Positions 1 through 12,229 of a stretch of DNA of 64,000 nt are shown here, in pieces; the stretch's first letter is position 1; each line of letters opens with the position of its first letter. The notes under the pieces are model-generated. The model ran no database searches. It saw only the letters and a list, made by a program, of their open reading frames with translations, and had not been told where the DNA came from. Source of the stretch: Octopus vulgaris (Eukaryota); the NCBI GenBank assembly GCA_951406725.2, contig OX597839.1:16740001-16804000 (forward strand), in the 5' to 3' direction. The position numbers were made by a program, and so were the translations under genes.

Positions 1-62
1 ACTGTCCAACCCGTGCTAGCACGGAAAACGGACGTTAAACGATGATGATGATGATGATGATG
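1..62 (+). mobile_element. 3' tail of RTE-LINE-related repeat ending in (GAT)n
   Basis: ccaacccgtgctagcacggaaaacggacgttaaac(gat)n matches the 3' end of the RTE copy at ~58970-59030; many similar tails in the window. Confidence 0.8.
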
Positions 63-299
63 ATTCTCCCTCTTTGTTTCTCTCTCCTTTCTCTCTCACT
101 TTCCCACTCTCTTACTCTTCCTTTCTCTCGGACTCTCACTCGCTTTCTCTTACTCTCTATCTTTATCTATCTCTCTCCCATTTATAAACAACAAAAGATC
201 TTGAGTAAGTTGAGAAATAAAATATTTAGAAAGATCAATCATAAATATCAGGCAGTAACAACAGAAAGGTCTGCTTCAAAGCAGACAGCAAAACACTAA

Positions 300-1662
300 C
301 ATTTAAAAGGGACAGACGAACTTGCGAGCTGAATAAAAATAATAAAATATTGGAAACCAAAGTTTGAAGGGATAGAATTTGAGAATAGTAGAGTCACCAT
401 GGCTGGCATTTCTTAACGACGGACAGCAATGTATTGACAGTTCAACGGCTGGCGTAAAATTTTGAACTTGATGTAAAAGAAAATCCCTAAAAACCAAGTT
501 TTGACTTGATTCTTTCTCACGACAGTAGACTCACGATGGCAAGCATTCAAAACTTCTTCATCATGGACGGCAACACATTGACGATTAAAAGGCTAGCGCA
601 AATTTTTTAGCTTAATGTAACAGAGAATTGCTAAGCACCCGCTCCTTTAAATTTTAATCCCCTTCCAGCCCCATTTATACCCCTTTTCACATTTTGGTTA
701 ATATAACCCGATTTCATTTGGGTCTACTGGGGCCACATTTTATAAGATGAGGACTCAACCAAGTTTCCCAAGTTCTGGTCATAGACCATAGAACACTCAA
801 CCAAGTTTCCCAAGTTCTGGTCATAGACCATAGAACAGTCAAGCAAGTTTCCCAAGTCTGGTCATAGACCATAGAACAGTCAAGCAAGTTTCCCGAGTTC
901 TGGTCATAGACCATAGAACACTCAACCAAGTTTCCCGAGTTCTGGTCATAGACCATAGAACAGTCAAGGAAGTTTCCCAAGTTCTGGTCATAGACCATAG
1001 AACACTCAACCAAGTTTCCCGAGTTCTGGTCATAGACCATAGAACACTCAACCAAGTTTCCCGAGTTCTGGTCATTTGCAGAATAAATAGAGACGGCGGA
1101 GGTGGCAGACGTTGTTGCAATGTAAACATGATTTGTTTTAAGAGAAAGATTGTCCAGATTGTGTGTTGGTGGTGGCGATGATAATTATCTTTATGAATGG
1201 AGATAAAGAGAAATTGAAGGGGAGTTAGAGGTAGAAAGAAAAGGTGTAAATTTTGGAGTGAATCCGACGGGATGTAGTGGGCTTTAACCCCGGCAAAAAA
1301 ATAATATCTGTTGCGTTTCTGAAAGAGGTGAAGTAGGAATAGTGAAACTTTTGCGGCTGTCATTGATAGACTCGTTGTAGAATAAATAGAGATGGCGAAA
1401 AAAGAGAGAGCTCGAGAAAGAAAAGGTGATATATGAAAGGGAGGACGGGAAAATGAAATATTTTGCAATGTAAACATGATTTGTTTTAAGAGAAAGATTG
1501 TCATGATTGTGTGTTGGTGGTGGCGATGATAATTATCATTAGGAAAAAGAGTGAGTGAGTGAGGAAGACATATACATTAGTTGTGGCGATGATAATTCTA
1601 GACCCCTTTTCACATTTTGATGAAGAGAACCCGATTTCATTCGGGTGTACTGGGGCCACATA

Positions 1663-1694
<32 letters not shown>

Positions 1695-2240
1695 CACGCT
1701 GTAGAAATTAAATTAGAGATAAAACCACTAATAGGGAAATGAAACAGTAAAAAACCAAAAACAAAAACATAAAAATAAAAATATAATATTAGATATATGT
1801 ATGTGTGTGTGTGTGTGTGTGTGTGTTGACAGGTAGACAATAGAATGCGATGGCGATGGCGATGTAATATTTGTTTCTGTCTATGAACGCAGATAGATAC
1901 ATGAGTAAAATGTATGGGAAGCTAAGAGATAGAGTGAGTGAAAATGTTCTTGGGAGAGAGGAAATAACGGGAGAGTGATTTGAGGAAGACTTTACATTAA
2001 ATAACTGGAGTGGACTTGTCAAATGAAGAGGAGTGAGAGGGTACTGGAGGAAATAGCGTGAGTGAGGAAGATGGCCCCTAGCAACCACACCTTTTAAGCT
2101 AGGGATTTCTAAGGTAGCCCACGAACATCGTCACCTCATTCTACATGTCCCTGTAAATTTTGGAGCGAATCGGACGGGATGTAGTGGCATTGAAAGCGAT
2201 CCAAGCGGTAAAAACGCATTTCAGTTTTATATATAGAGAA
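300..2240. mobile_element. Composite non-autonomous repeat, possibly Helitron/Helentron (DINE/HINE)-like
   Basis: Internally duplicated blocks (679-745 vs 1600-1662; 1116-1190 vs 1463-1538; 1246-1281 vs 2153-2188). Segment 1873-1955 recurs at 44572-44655 in a TC-starting element. Ends in ttttatatatagag. Boundaries approximate. Confidence 0.45.
759..1075. repeat. 42-bp minisatellite, ~7.5 copies
   Basis: Unit ccaagtttccc(g/a)agttctggtcatagaccatagaaca(c/g)tcaa repeated head-to-tail with no spacers. Confidence 0.95.
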
Positions 2241-2463
2241 TATAATTTGTATACATTTTATATATAGAGATATACATCGTTTATATATATATATATATAT
2301 ATGTATACATATATGTATTTATCTATGTGTGTATGATTTTTTGTCTGTGTTTGTCCACCATTGCTTGACAACTAGGGTTGGTGTGTTTACATCCCTGTAA
2401 GTTAGCGATTTGGCAAAAGAAACTGATAGAATAAGTACTAAGTACTGGGGTCAATACATTCAA

Positions 2464-2531
<68 letters not shown>

Positions 2532-2915
2532 TCACATATAATTTCCTTAATATGATAGTAATTAATTATCGTGTAAATCATCATACATGCTTACAAGCAT
2601 AGTTTGAATTCATAAAGGTGATGATCGAGATCCATGTTAATATAACGGTGATTCGAACCCGATTAATTCCACTTCGCTTTCGATGCGCAATAAATGTTCT
2701 CGACGCGCAAAAGAAGACAATAACGCTGTTCACGCACACACACACACATACACACATCTATTGGAAATTTTTACTGCTTTCTGCCAAAATTACAAATAAA
2801 ACTAAAAAAAAAAAAAAAACCAAGAAGAAATCGATTGTAGTTACGAAAGTGAGGTTACGTATTTAGATGCTAGCTTTGCTGTATTATGCAAAAAGTTATT
2901 TCGGTGAGAACAAGT

Positions 2916-2994
2916 ATGGCTTCCCGTCTAGGTAACATCTTGAGAAGGACGTTCTCCGCTCAAGGACCTTCAGCCACTTCTGGAGACCATGGAG
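2916..2994 (+). CDS. COX6A: Cytochrome c oxidase subunit 6A, exon 1 (mitochondrial presequence)
   Basis: ATG at 2916; MASRLGNILRRTFSAQGPSATSGDHG+G, an Arg/Ser-rich presequence; donor G|gtaaga (phase 1) joins exon 2 in frame. Confidence 0.88.
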
Positions 2995-4289
2995 GTAAGA
3001 CCATTCAATATCAGAATTATCCAGTTAAACGTTCGACTCCCTAAACAGTAAATTAACTGCGAATCTTTTATGTTTTAAGCATGGGATCTTTTACCGTGAA
3101 GCAAGACTTCTCCGCTTCGCCCTTTATCTTTCTCTAGGGGAACATCGATAAGTCATTGAAATCAAATACCAGTGATATACTAGTGTGATTATATAATCAA
3201 CTCTGGTAAAAAGAATATATATTAAGCTGCTTTCTGCTATATACTTAGTTACGCCCTCCCATTTGTTTCTAGGTTCAAATTCCACTGAGGTTTTGACTTT
3301 GTCTTTTGTGCTTTTTGGGGGTCGATGAACGTAACACATCAGTTAAATACCGGAATCGATTTAATTGACTAACCCCTTCCTTTACATTTGTGGCTCTGTG
3401 CTTATGGTAGAAATCATGATTTATTGAAGACGATGCAGCATGATTTCAAGGTGATTTGGCTGCTATTTCTAGCCTTCCTTATGTCTTAGAAATTTTAATT
3501 TTATTTTATTGAATTGAGAATTTAATGGCTTAAGAGAGGAAGAAAGAAAACGATTAAATAAAAATTCAGACGGAGAAGCGACGGAAGCTAACACTTCCAT
3601 GGTTTATAACTCCATTGTTGTTTTCGTCCCCCCCCCCTCCTTTTTTTCTTTCGATGTTGTCCCAGCTACAACACAAATAATTTTTGTATTTCATCCCTGT
3701 ACTGACCCCAACATTTTTGATCCCTGTGGCCTCTAAAAGAAATCAAAAACTATCGTTCTTTATGTTTGCGTTCATATTCTTGTGAGATGTCGATGACCGA
3801 TTTTGTCTTTCACCTGTCCAAGGTCGAAAACTGTTGCAGCATCCAAATACTGGCCCCCACCTTTCATATTTTAGTCTTTTTTCCCCCTTTTTTTTACACA
3901 TCATTTTTATTAGCTTTCCATGACTATAACAACGACTTGTTTATTTCCTCTCTAAACTTTACCTCCCTCCCTCCTCTCTCTACCATTTCTTGTATCACTA
4001 GTTATTTCGTAACTTCACTTTATACTATATCTGAATCTTGTTAAAATCTTCGAACATTTTAACCCGTCTCGTTTTCCCTTCGTTTCCCAATCATAATAAA
4101 CTGAAACAATCGTACGAGCAATCCATCATATTTCCGCGTGTGGCTTTGCACGTGAACCAACATTGACCTTCAAAAGTCAGTAACGGTGCTTTTCATTTAT
4201 CTTAAGTTAACCTCATTTTAAGAACGCCTGAAAACTTAGATTGCAGGTATACGTGCTCGGCCACCCCTGACTATAATAATAATAATTAT

Positions 4290-4323
<34 letters not shown>

Positions 4324-4757
4324 CGTTTTTATATATATATATTACGTTTTAATATATATATATATTTTCCCACCGGGTGCGGATAGATATTAACCCGTTT
4401 ATATATATATATAGTGGGCATGTAGAATATGCGACCCACCCAACTCTATTTTCTTACAAAAGCAATTGTGTGTGTCTCAGATGACTTGTCAGATCTATGT
4501 GGGTCTGATTGTGTGTGTATTTGTATATTTGTGGGAACAGCTCTTCTTTTAAATATTTATTGCTAATCTGATTGTTTTATCTTTCGTTTCGAAGTTTTAC
4601 AAATTTATTATAATTGGAGCTGTAAACCTCCCATACCGTCAAATGTTGCTAGTTTTCTGGAAAGAAAAAAAAACCCCCAGCTAAATAAAGATAAATTCAG
4701 AAAACGGTCATTTTATATAAAGTGTGTGAAGACACATACGCACTTTAAAAATTAATA

Positions 4758-4876
4758 TTTAGCAGAAACAACAGAGTGACTCAAGATGCGAAAGTTTCGT
4801 ATGCGTTGGCACTCATCAAACCAGTTTGAGGGAAAACGCACGAAACGGCCCTTGAGTCTCTATTGCTTCTGCTAAA
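4758..4876. mobile_element. Fold-back element with two degenerate hammerhead-like cores (Penelope-like remnant)
   Basis: Arms tttagcagaa..gactcaag / cttgagtc..ttctgctaaa; - strand reads TTGATGA gtgc caac gcat ac GAAA. Confidence 0.45.
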
Positions 4877-7803
4877 CAATGATAAAAATATATTCACTTT
4901 CAGTTCTACTCTACCTGTTTGCATCATAAAACCTATATATATATTTGCCTTTTATTACGTTATTCGTTTCTAGTACAAAATATTAATAAATATTTCTTAT
5001 TTTGTTGTTCTGTTTTCGTTTTTTAAAGTGCATGAAAGTATATGTATTACTTTTCATATTCTAATCGGCTGAACTCTTAACTGACCTTCATATAATCTAC
5101 CTATTCATAACTCTTTCATATAGTACGTACATTTATTTTTTGTTTTTTAATCGATGCCCGTCCCGCCTCTCATCTGATCAGCATCTTTCATTATTTTTCT
5201 CTTGCTTTGTTGTCTGATAAGGTGAAGGGTGATTGCATTTCTTCTTTTCGCATCTCAGGAAGGCAAGGTATCTTTCAAAACTGTTTCCTTTTAGTATTGT
5301 TGAGTTCCAGGCAATCCCTGATAGGACAAACCTTTGGTCAAAGACCTAGCAGTAGCCGTCTTGTATGTTTAAGATGATTGCTTAGCAACAATGTGATTCC
5401 AGGTTATTCCCTTGTGTGGCACTTTGGGCAAAGTGTTTTCTACTATTCCCCTGGGCTGACCAGTTCCTTTTGAGTGAATTTGGTAGACAGAAACTGTGTG
5501 GAAGCCCGTCGGATGTGTGTCTTTGTGCTTGTCCTCCCCTACTGCTTGACAACTGCTATTGGTTTGCTTACAGCCCTGTAAGTTAGCATTTTAGCAAGAG
5601 ACCGATTGAATAAGTTCCATACTAAAAAATAAGTACTGGGGTCAATTTGACGGTGCCCCGGTGTGGTTTCAGTTCATTGAAACAAGTACAAAAAATTATT
5701 CCAAGAAATTGTCGTCTGTGTGGTGAATTGGTAGAGTTAGAGCATCAAATAGAATTTTTTGTCTTCATTCTTGCTTTCTGCACTTTGAGTTAAAATTTTG
5801 ACTAGGTCAACTTTGTCTTTTTAGGGGGTTAATAAAACACCAGTCCCAGGTGGTGGACTGGTGGAATTGTTAGAACGTTAAATGTTGTGCTTGTATTATC
5901 TGTTCCTACTCATTGCATTGGCAGTCCTTGAAGTTGCTCATGGCAATTATCCAACCATGGGAATATCTCATTCAACCTGCAATTGGACAATGTGTCTAAA
6001 TAAGGTCTGAAACCAGCTGAGATAAGCTGGTAATAGCATGTTGAGGCTCCAGTCAGTAGTTGATTACAGTATCTAATGTGGTCCTTCAGTTTTTTTTTTT
6101 TCTTTTTTTTTTTTTTAATAACATCAAGGTGTTTGAAGACACCCTCAAGCTATCAGCTACATTGATGTCTTTGGTTTGGGAGGATCTGCAGTGGTTGTAG
6201 ACACCGTCACTCCATTTCAGACTCGGTCAGTGAAGTCACTATGGTGTCTGAAGAGATAAAAGCAGGTGGAGAAATTTCATTCCAAAGTGAAAAAGATTTG
6301 GTAAAGTATTGCGATCAGGGTTTAATGTATGATATAGCAATTGTCATGGTTGCTGTTGTTTATAGCTCTTATCCACTGCTCTTCAAGCAGATCTATTTTG
6401 AAATGCATTCTAGCCATAGTTATCTTGTCATTTCACATGTTAGTCACTAGTCAATAGGTGTGCTGTTCCTGTCTTTTTTCTTTTTGGGAAGGACAGTAGG
6501 ATGTGGTTACTACTTCTAGCAGGCCAAGTGGATAATTAGATTTGAGGCTCTCTCATTGATATGGTAGGTGCCATGAAGGGCAAAAAGGTGTGCTGAGATG
6601 ACTCTCGAAACAGCAAACTCAAAGGAGCGTTGATTTTATATATCACATGTTGGCATTAGGAAGGGCATGCAGCTGTAGAAACTCTGTCAAACTGTCCAAC
6701 CCATGCTAGCATAGAACATTGACAATAGATGATGGTGGTAACATTATGCTGTTGCAGTTGACCTGTGACTGTGCTTAAGAAGACACTTGCTGTCAACATG
6801 AGGACCTGATCAACCTGCAAGCCCAGCTACAGCACTACCTTAGTGCTCTTCTTCACCTTCAAGCTCAGGGATTGCCTCTGAAACATCCCCCACATCCATC
6901 GAACTTCCAAACTTTTGAAAAGATGAATTATAGTCAGTGCTACCAGCCACCACCACATCTTCAGGTTCCAGATTTTTCCCAAGTGAGCCAGCTGTGAAAG
7001 TAAAGTGGTTGTGATTTTCATTTTTAGCCATTTCATTTCATTTGTGATACTTATGGTTTGGGGATAGATCTGAACAATGATCCATGAGCTTCACAATCTT
7101 TATACTTATACTTTCTTTTAAGTCATTAGGGCTAATTAAATTATCAATGGAAACTGCTGAGCGTAAATATATTTATTTTTAATAATTTGTTTTACCTGTG
7201 TGTAAAATAAATTTGAATGTTTGATATAACATCCACACTTGCATATTTTTTTATACTTTTTTATCCCTCAATTCTATGCCTCACTCATTTGAGGGCGGGT
7301 CTTGTCTTACAGGTACTTGATTACCTCACTTGTGTTGGTGCTGTGTGAGAAGCACCCAGCATACTCTGTTAAGTGGTTAGCATTAGGAAGGGCATCCAGC
7401 TGTAGAAACCTTACCAAAGCAGACATTGAAGCCTGGTGCAACTATCTGGCTTGTCTGTTCATGTTGAACTATCCAACCCATGTCAGCATAGAAAAAAGGA
7501 TATTAAATGATGATATATGCACATGTGTGGCTGTGTAGTAAGAAGTTTGTTTGCCAACCATGTGCTTTTGGGTTTAGTCTCAATGTGACACCTTGGGCAA
7601 GTGTCTTCTCCAGGCTGATCAGAGCCTTGTGAGTAGATTTGGTAGATGGAAACTGAAAGAGGCCTATCTTATATATTTGTGTGTTACTGTCTACTTTCTT
7701 TGACATCTCATGATTGTTGTGAGCAAATGTCCATGTCTTGCAAGCTGTGTCCTTTGTTTCCAGTTTTGTGTAAACGGATCCTCTGGCAATGGAAATATTA
7801 CCT

Positions 7804-8036
7804 ATTTCTTTACTACCCACAAGGGGCTAAACACAGAAGGGACAAACAAGGACAGACAAATGGATTAGTCGATTATATCGACCCCAGTGCGTAACTGGTA
7901 CTTATTTAATCGACCCCGAAAGGATGAAAGGCAAAGTCGACCTCAGCGGAATTTGAACTCAGAACGTAGCTGCAGACGAAATACTTCTAAGCATTTCATC
8001 CAGCGTGCTAATGATTCTGCCAGCTCGCCACCTTAA
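7804..8036 (-). mobile_element. SINE family B (Meta-domain-like core) with 16-bp TSD
   Basis: Core gtcgactttgcctttcatcctttcggggtcgattaaataagtaccag; TSD aatgg(a/g)aatattacct at 7788-7803 and 8037-8052. Other copies at ~22810-23260, 25790-26330, 55500-55990. Confidence 0.85.
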
Positions 8037-8425
8037 AATGGGAATATTACCTTCAAGGAAACGGGTGAGGTTTGGCATACAGGAAGACATCTGGCCATAG
8101 AAGATCTGCCTTAACAAATTCCATGTCGTGTATTGAACTCCTTAGCAATATCTAAACAAATGAACAGCATATATTATATATTGCTTAGGAGTTCAATACT
8201 CGACATTCCATTTGACCTGTGTGGGCATTAAAACGATGTTATCATATATGTATATTTTCAAGATGGGGAACACTGTTGCTGCCTTGCATGGTTTGATGGT
8301 TAGGGTATTTAGCTCATGATTGTAAAGTCATGAATTCAATTCTCAGCAATACATTGTGTCCTTGGGCAAGATACTTTATTATACGTAGTTCCAGCCCAGT
8401 CAGCTGATGAGAATGTTGTACCTGT

Positions 8426-8732
8426 GGAGGCACATGGCCTAGTGGTTAGAGCAGTGGACTCGCGGTCGAGGGATCGCGGGTTCGAATCTCAGACTGGACG
8501 ATGTGTGTGTTTATGAACGAAACACCTATGCTCCAAGCAGCTCCGGCAGAAGGTAATGGCGAAACTTCTGCTGACTATTTCGCTACAACTTTCTCTCACT
8601 CTTTCTTCCTGCATCTTGCAGCTCACCTGCGATGGACCAGCGTCCCGTCCAGGTGGGGAACCTATACGCCAAGAAACTGGGAAACCAGCCCTTATGAGCC
8701 AGGCATGGCTCAAGAAGGAACAAAAAAAAAAA
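8426..8732 (+). mobile_element. tRNA-derived SINE family C with 11-bp TSD, nested in an older SINE
   Basis: A box tggcctagtgg, B box ggttcgaatc, A-rich tail; TSD gttgtacctgt at 8415-8425 and 8733-8743; flanks join into a relative of the SINE at 37806-38180. Confidence 0.9.
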
Positions 8733-8924
8733 GTTGTACCTGTATTTCAAAGGGCCAACCTTGTCTTGCTGAATCTCCCTCAGAACTATGTTAAGGGTAC
8801 ACATGTCTGTAGAATGCTCAGCCCCGTGCACATTAATTTCATGACGGGTTCTGTTGGTCGGATCAACTGGGACCTTCAGCGATGGAGTGCTGGTTAGAAA
8901 TTTCTAGTTAAGTATAAGCCACTG

Positions 8925-9520
8925 TACCCAGTATTCGTTGACTTGAAGAAGGCCATTGATAGAGCACCACACACACACTCTAGTGTGGTGATTGCTAAGT
9001 ATGGGAGTATTGTCAGAAGTTGACCTGATCAGTTGTGGAAGTGGGTAGTAGAATTTGCACAAGGAATTGTTACTTCTGTTAGCAACAACGTGAAGGGCAG
9101 ATTGTATGAGCCTTGGTTACGCAGTATGTTATTATGTAATAGTGAAACACAGGGGATGGTGGGTGGAGGTATTGAATGTAAAGGCTGAAAATGAATGAAA
9201 GGTGGTCTGCATGCTCTGCTGGGTATGTGTTGCATGCTTGAGTGCCAAGGCATACGTGAACTGAGAGGGGGTGAAAATAGGCACCAGAAGAATGGGCTGT
9301 AGTAATGCAAGAGAGTTGACTGTTGTTATAGACATGTGATGCATATAAAGGTTGATAGTTGGGTGAAGACATGGCAAGCAATCCGTGTAGGGAGAGCTTT
9401 GTAGAAGAGGAAGGTGTGAGAAGAAATAGTGACGGAACTAGACCTTGCAAAAGGTCTGCATCATTTGACAAGGTGCTGGAAAACTCATCAAACCCATGCC
9501 AGCATGGAAAAACAGACATA
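8925..9520 (+). mobile_element. Highly degenerate RTE LINE fragment
   Basis: FVDLKKAIDRAP-like motif, gtgaagggcagattgtatga and RTE 3' tail matching the 57130-59030 copy. Confidence 0.7.
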
Positions 9521-11502
9521 AAATAATTTGTGTATATATATGTGTATGGATCTAGTTAATGGGTTTTGTCAATGTTTTTATGAAAATATATTTCTATTAC
9601 GACAAGGCAAAAATATTCAAGAATGATTCCATGTAAATGTTTACTAGAATCCTGTTGTACCTTCACAGGCTTTTATATAGTTCAGCAAACTTGAATATTA
9701 TTGAAATTATGCTCTCTAATTTTACCATTAGAATGTTCACATTTTTAATTCCAACCATTCCATTATTCCAGTGTTAACTTACTTGGTCATTTTCATCATC
9801 ATCTTGTTCATCCTTGGATGATTTGACCAGAGCTGTACCAGGTTTCAGTCTGATTTGACCTAGTTTCTATGATTGGATGCCCTTCCTTATGTCAACCACT
9901 TCAGTGTGTGCTGGGTGCTTTTAATGTGGCACCGGCACAGGACTATTGCAGACCAATTCTCTTCACCAAGGGATGATGTGGCCTTAACACTTCTGCTGTG
10001 GAGATTTATATTTGAGAGACTTCATCACTAAAGTTTTCTACCACCGTTAGCCATCTTAATGATAGTGTCAAGCTTACATTCATATATTTGAATCAATTAT
10101 TATTCTTTTACTTGTTTTAGTCATTTGACTGGCCATGCTGGAGCATCACCTTTTAATCAAGCATATTGACCCCGAGACCTATTCTTTGTAAGCTTAGTAC
10201 TTATTCTATTAGTCTCTTTTACTGAACCACTAAGTTATGGGTCCATAAACACACCAGCATTGATGTTGGACTCACATACACACATATACGACTGGCATCT
10301 TTCAGTTTCTCTCGACCAAATCTACTCACAAGGCTTTTGGTCAGCCTGAGGCTATAGTAGAAGACACTTGCCCAAGGTGTCACGCAGTGGGACTGAACCC
10401 AGAACCATGTGGTTGGTAAGCAAGCTACTTACCACACAGTCACTCCCTTGTTTTTTTTTCTTTTTTCTTTTTCTTTTAAGAAGTTCATCCTTACTGAAGG
10501 TAAAATAATTACTGTTAGGAATATTGCATAATAGTTTAAACCAAAAATAGATAGAAATCTGCCACCAGTCTAGACATCTTGCACCAAAATTTACCCTTTT
10601 TTTCATTAAAAGACACCTGAAAAACATTCTCCAAATAGCTCATATCAATCTTGGTTTATATCTCCACGTCTCTAGTCCTGAATGATGCACAGTCTAAATA
10701 CCTTGCACCTGCCTGTCACCACTGTCACGAACAGGCAGACCTAGGAACTCTTGTTTGACAGGGGTATACCAGCACAAAGACACAATCACTACATGGCTCA
10801 AAGGAAACTGTTTTACATCTCATCCTCTCTGTGTATGAAGAACACAAAACTCTTCAGTTATTACAAAAGCAAGATCTTAAAATCTTTGACCAGACTGTTT
10901 TTAAGCTCAGAAATGCCATCGTTTTTATGAATGTGCTGCTCTTTATAAGCCTTCACATATCAGAACAAAGATACACACATACTCCTCTCTGTGTGTATGT
11001 GTATAAATATATATATATATATATACATCTCAGTCATAGTATTGCCCAGACAATCAGTTGCTATTGTACAATGCTGGTCACAGTGCGCTTCCCATTCTGT
11101 CTTGATTGCACCATTCTTTTCCATCTTGACCCAAATTGCTTAACTAAATAGTCTTTCCTTCATCAGAGAGGCCTTCCAGTACACACACACACACACAATA
11201 TATGTGTATATATGTATATGATAGGCTTCCTTCAATTTCCATTACCAAATCCATTCACAAGGCTTTGCTTGACCTGGGGTTACCATGGAAGACACTTGGC
11301 CAAGGTGCAGCACAGTTGGTCTGAACCCAGAGCCAAGAACCATGAGGTTGTGAAGCAAATTACTTACCACATAGGCTTCTGTACAGTTTCACTCTGAAGG
11401 CATTGATCAACCAAAGTTTATTACAGAACACTTCTATACACAGTTTTGACAAGAGAGCTTGGACCCAGACCTACATGGTTATGTTACAAAAATGCAAATT
11501 AA

Positions 11503-12229
11503 CCCTTTTGATACCAACCCAGCTGAAACTGCCTCTGTCTCTTTAACACAAATATCTTGTCTTCAAAAGTTCTGAATTAAAATCTTCCACCAAACCTTAG
11601 TCACAGTTTATGTTCCTAACACTAGCTTAATGATAACGAAGTTTTTTTTTGTTTTTTTTCTATGGAGTTCTCAACCAATTTCTCTTTAAGTCTCCTATCC
11701 CACCAGACCATAAATCGGTTAGCCACATCGCCAGCAATACTGACACTGAAGGCTGCACCTTCCTCTTGGGCATATATCTTGTTATATATATGTGTGGCCA
11801 TCTTTTTAACCTGATCATTGTTTACAGGGGTCCGTATAGCTCTGGGTCCACCCATTCCATCTCTCTTTAGAGGTCTTCTTGTTCATAGAAGTAATGGTAG
11901 GGAGTCTACCGCTTATCGATCTAGTGGGGCAGAAGCAACTAAGGTCATGTTTAAGTAATCACTGTCACATGTCAGTTTCAGGAGGAGGCCTAGTTCTTTA
12001 GTGTCAAAACCACAGAACTCCACATCACTCTTGCTGATCACCTCCACACATTTCTCCACAACAAATTCAACATCAATGGATGGGTGTAGGGATACTACGT
12101 CCGTACTGCCTCTTATGCATCCCATCAAGTTGTAGGCATAACTAAGGTATTTTGCTAAATTCTTTGTTATATTTAAAACTAATTGAAAGAAACAGAGAGC
12201 ATCTCAGCAGAAATAAGGTAACAAAAGGG
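11503..12229. mobile_element. piggyBac-like MITE (TTAA TSD, CCC..GGG ends) interrupted by an insertion
   Basis: ttaa|cccttttg ... caaaaggg|ttaa; empty copies of the same family at ~46970-47204 and ~18620-18840. Confidence 0.85.
11642..12137 (-). pseudogene. Internal fragment of a Penelope-like reverse transcriptase
   Basis: GSTDVVSLHPSI (motif A-like), PTRSISGRLPTIT, KIYAQEEGAAFSVSIAGDVANRFMVWWD (motif B'-like); frameshifted. Confidence 0.7.

Noticed and set aside
759-1075. CRISPR-like regular repeats, and ORFs 714-1055 and 839-1504
   Set aside because: Units are contiguous with no unique spacers; eukaryotic context with no cas genes; the ORFs are minisatellite read-through
8426-8500. Possible tRNA gene
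   Set aside because: A and B boxes are present, but there is no proper acceptor stem, and it continues into a SINE body with A-tail and TSD
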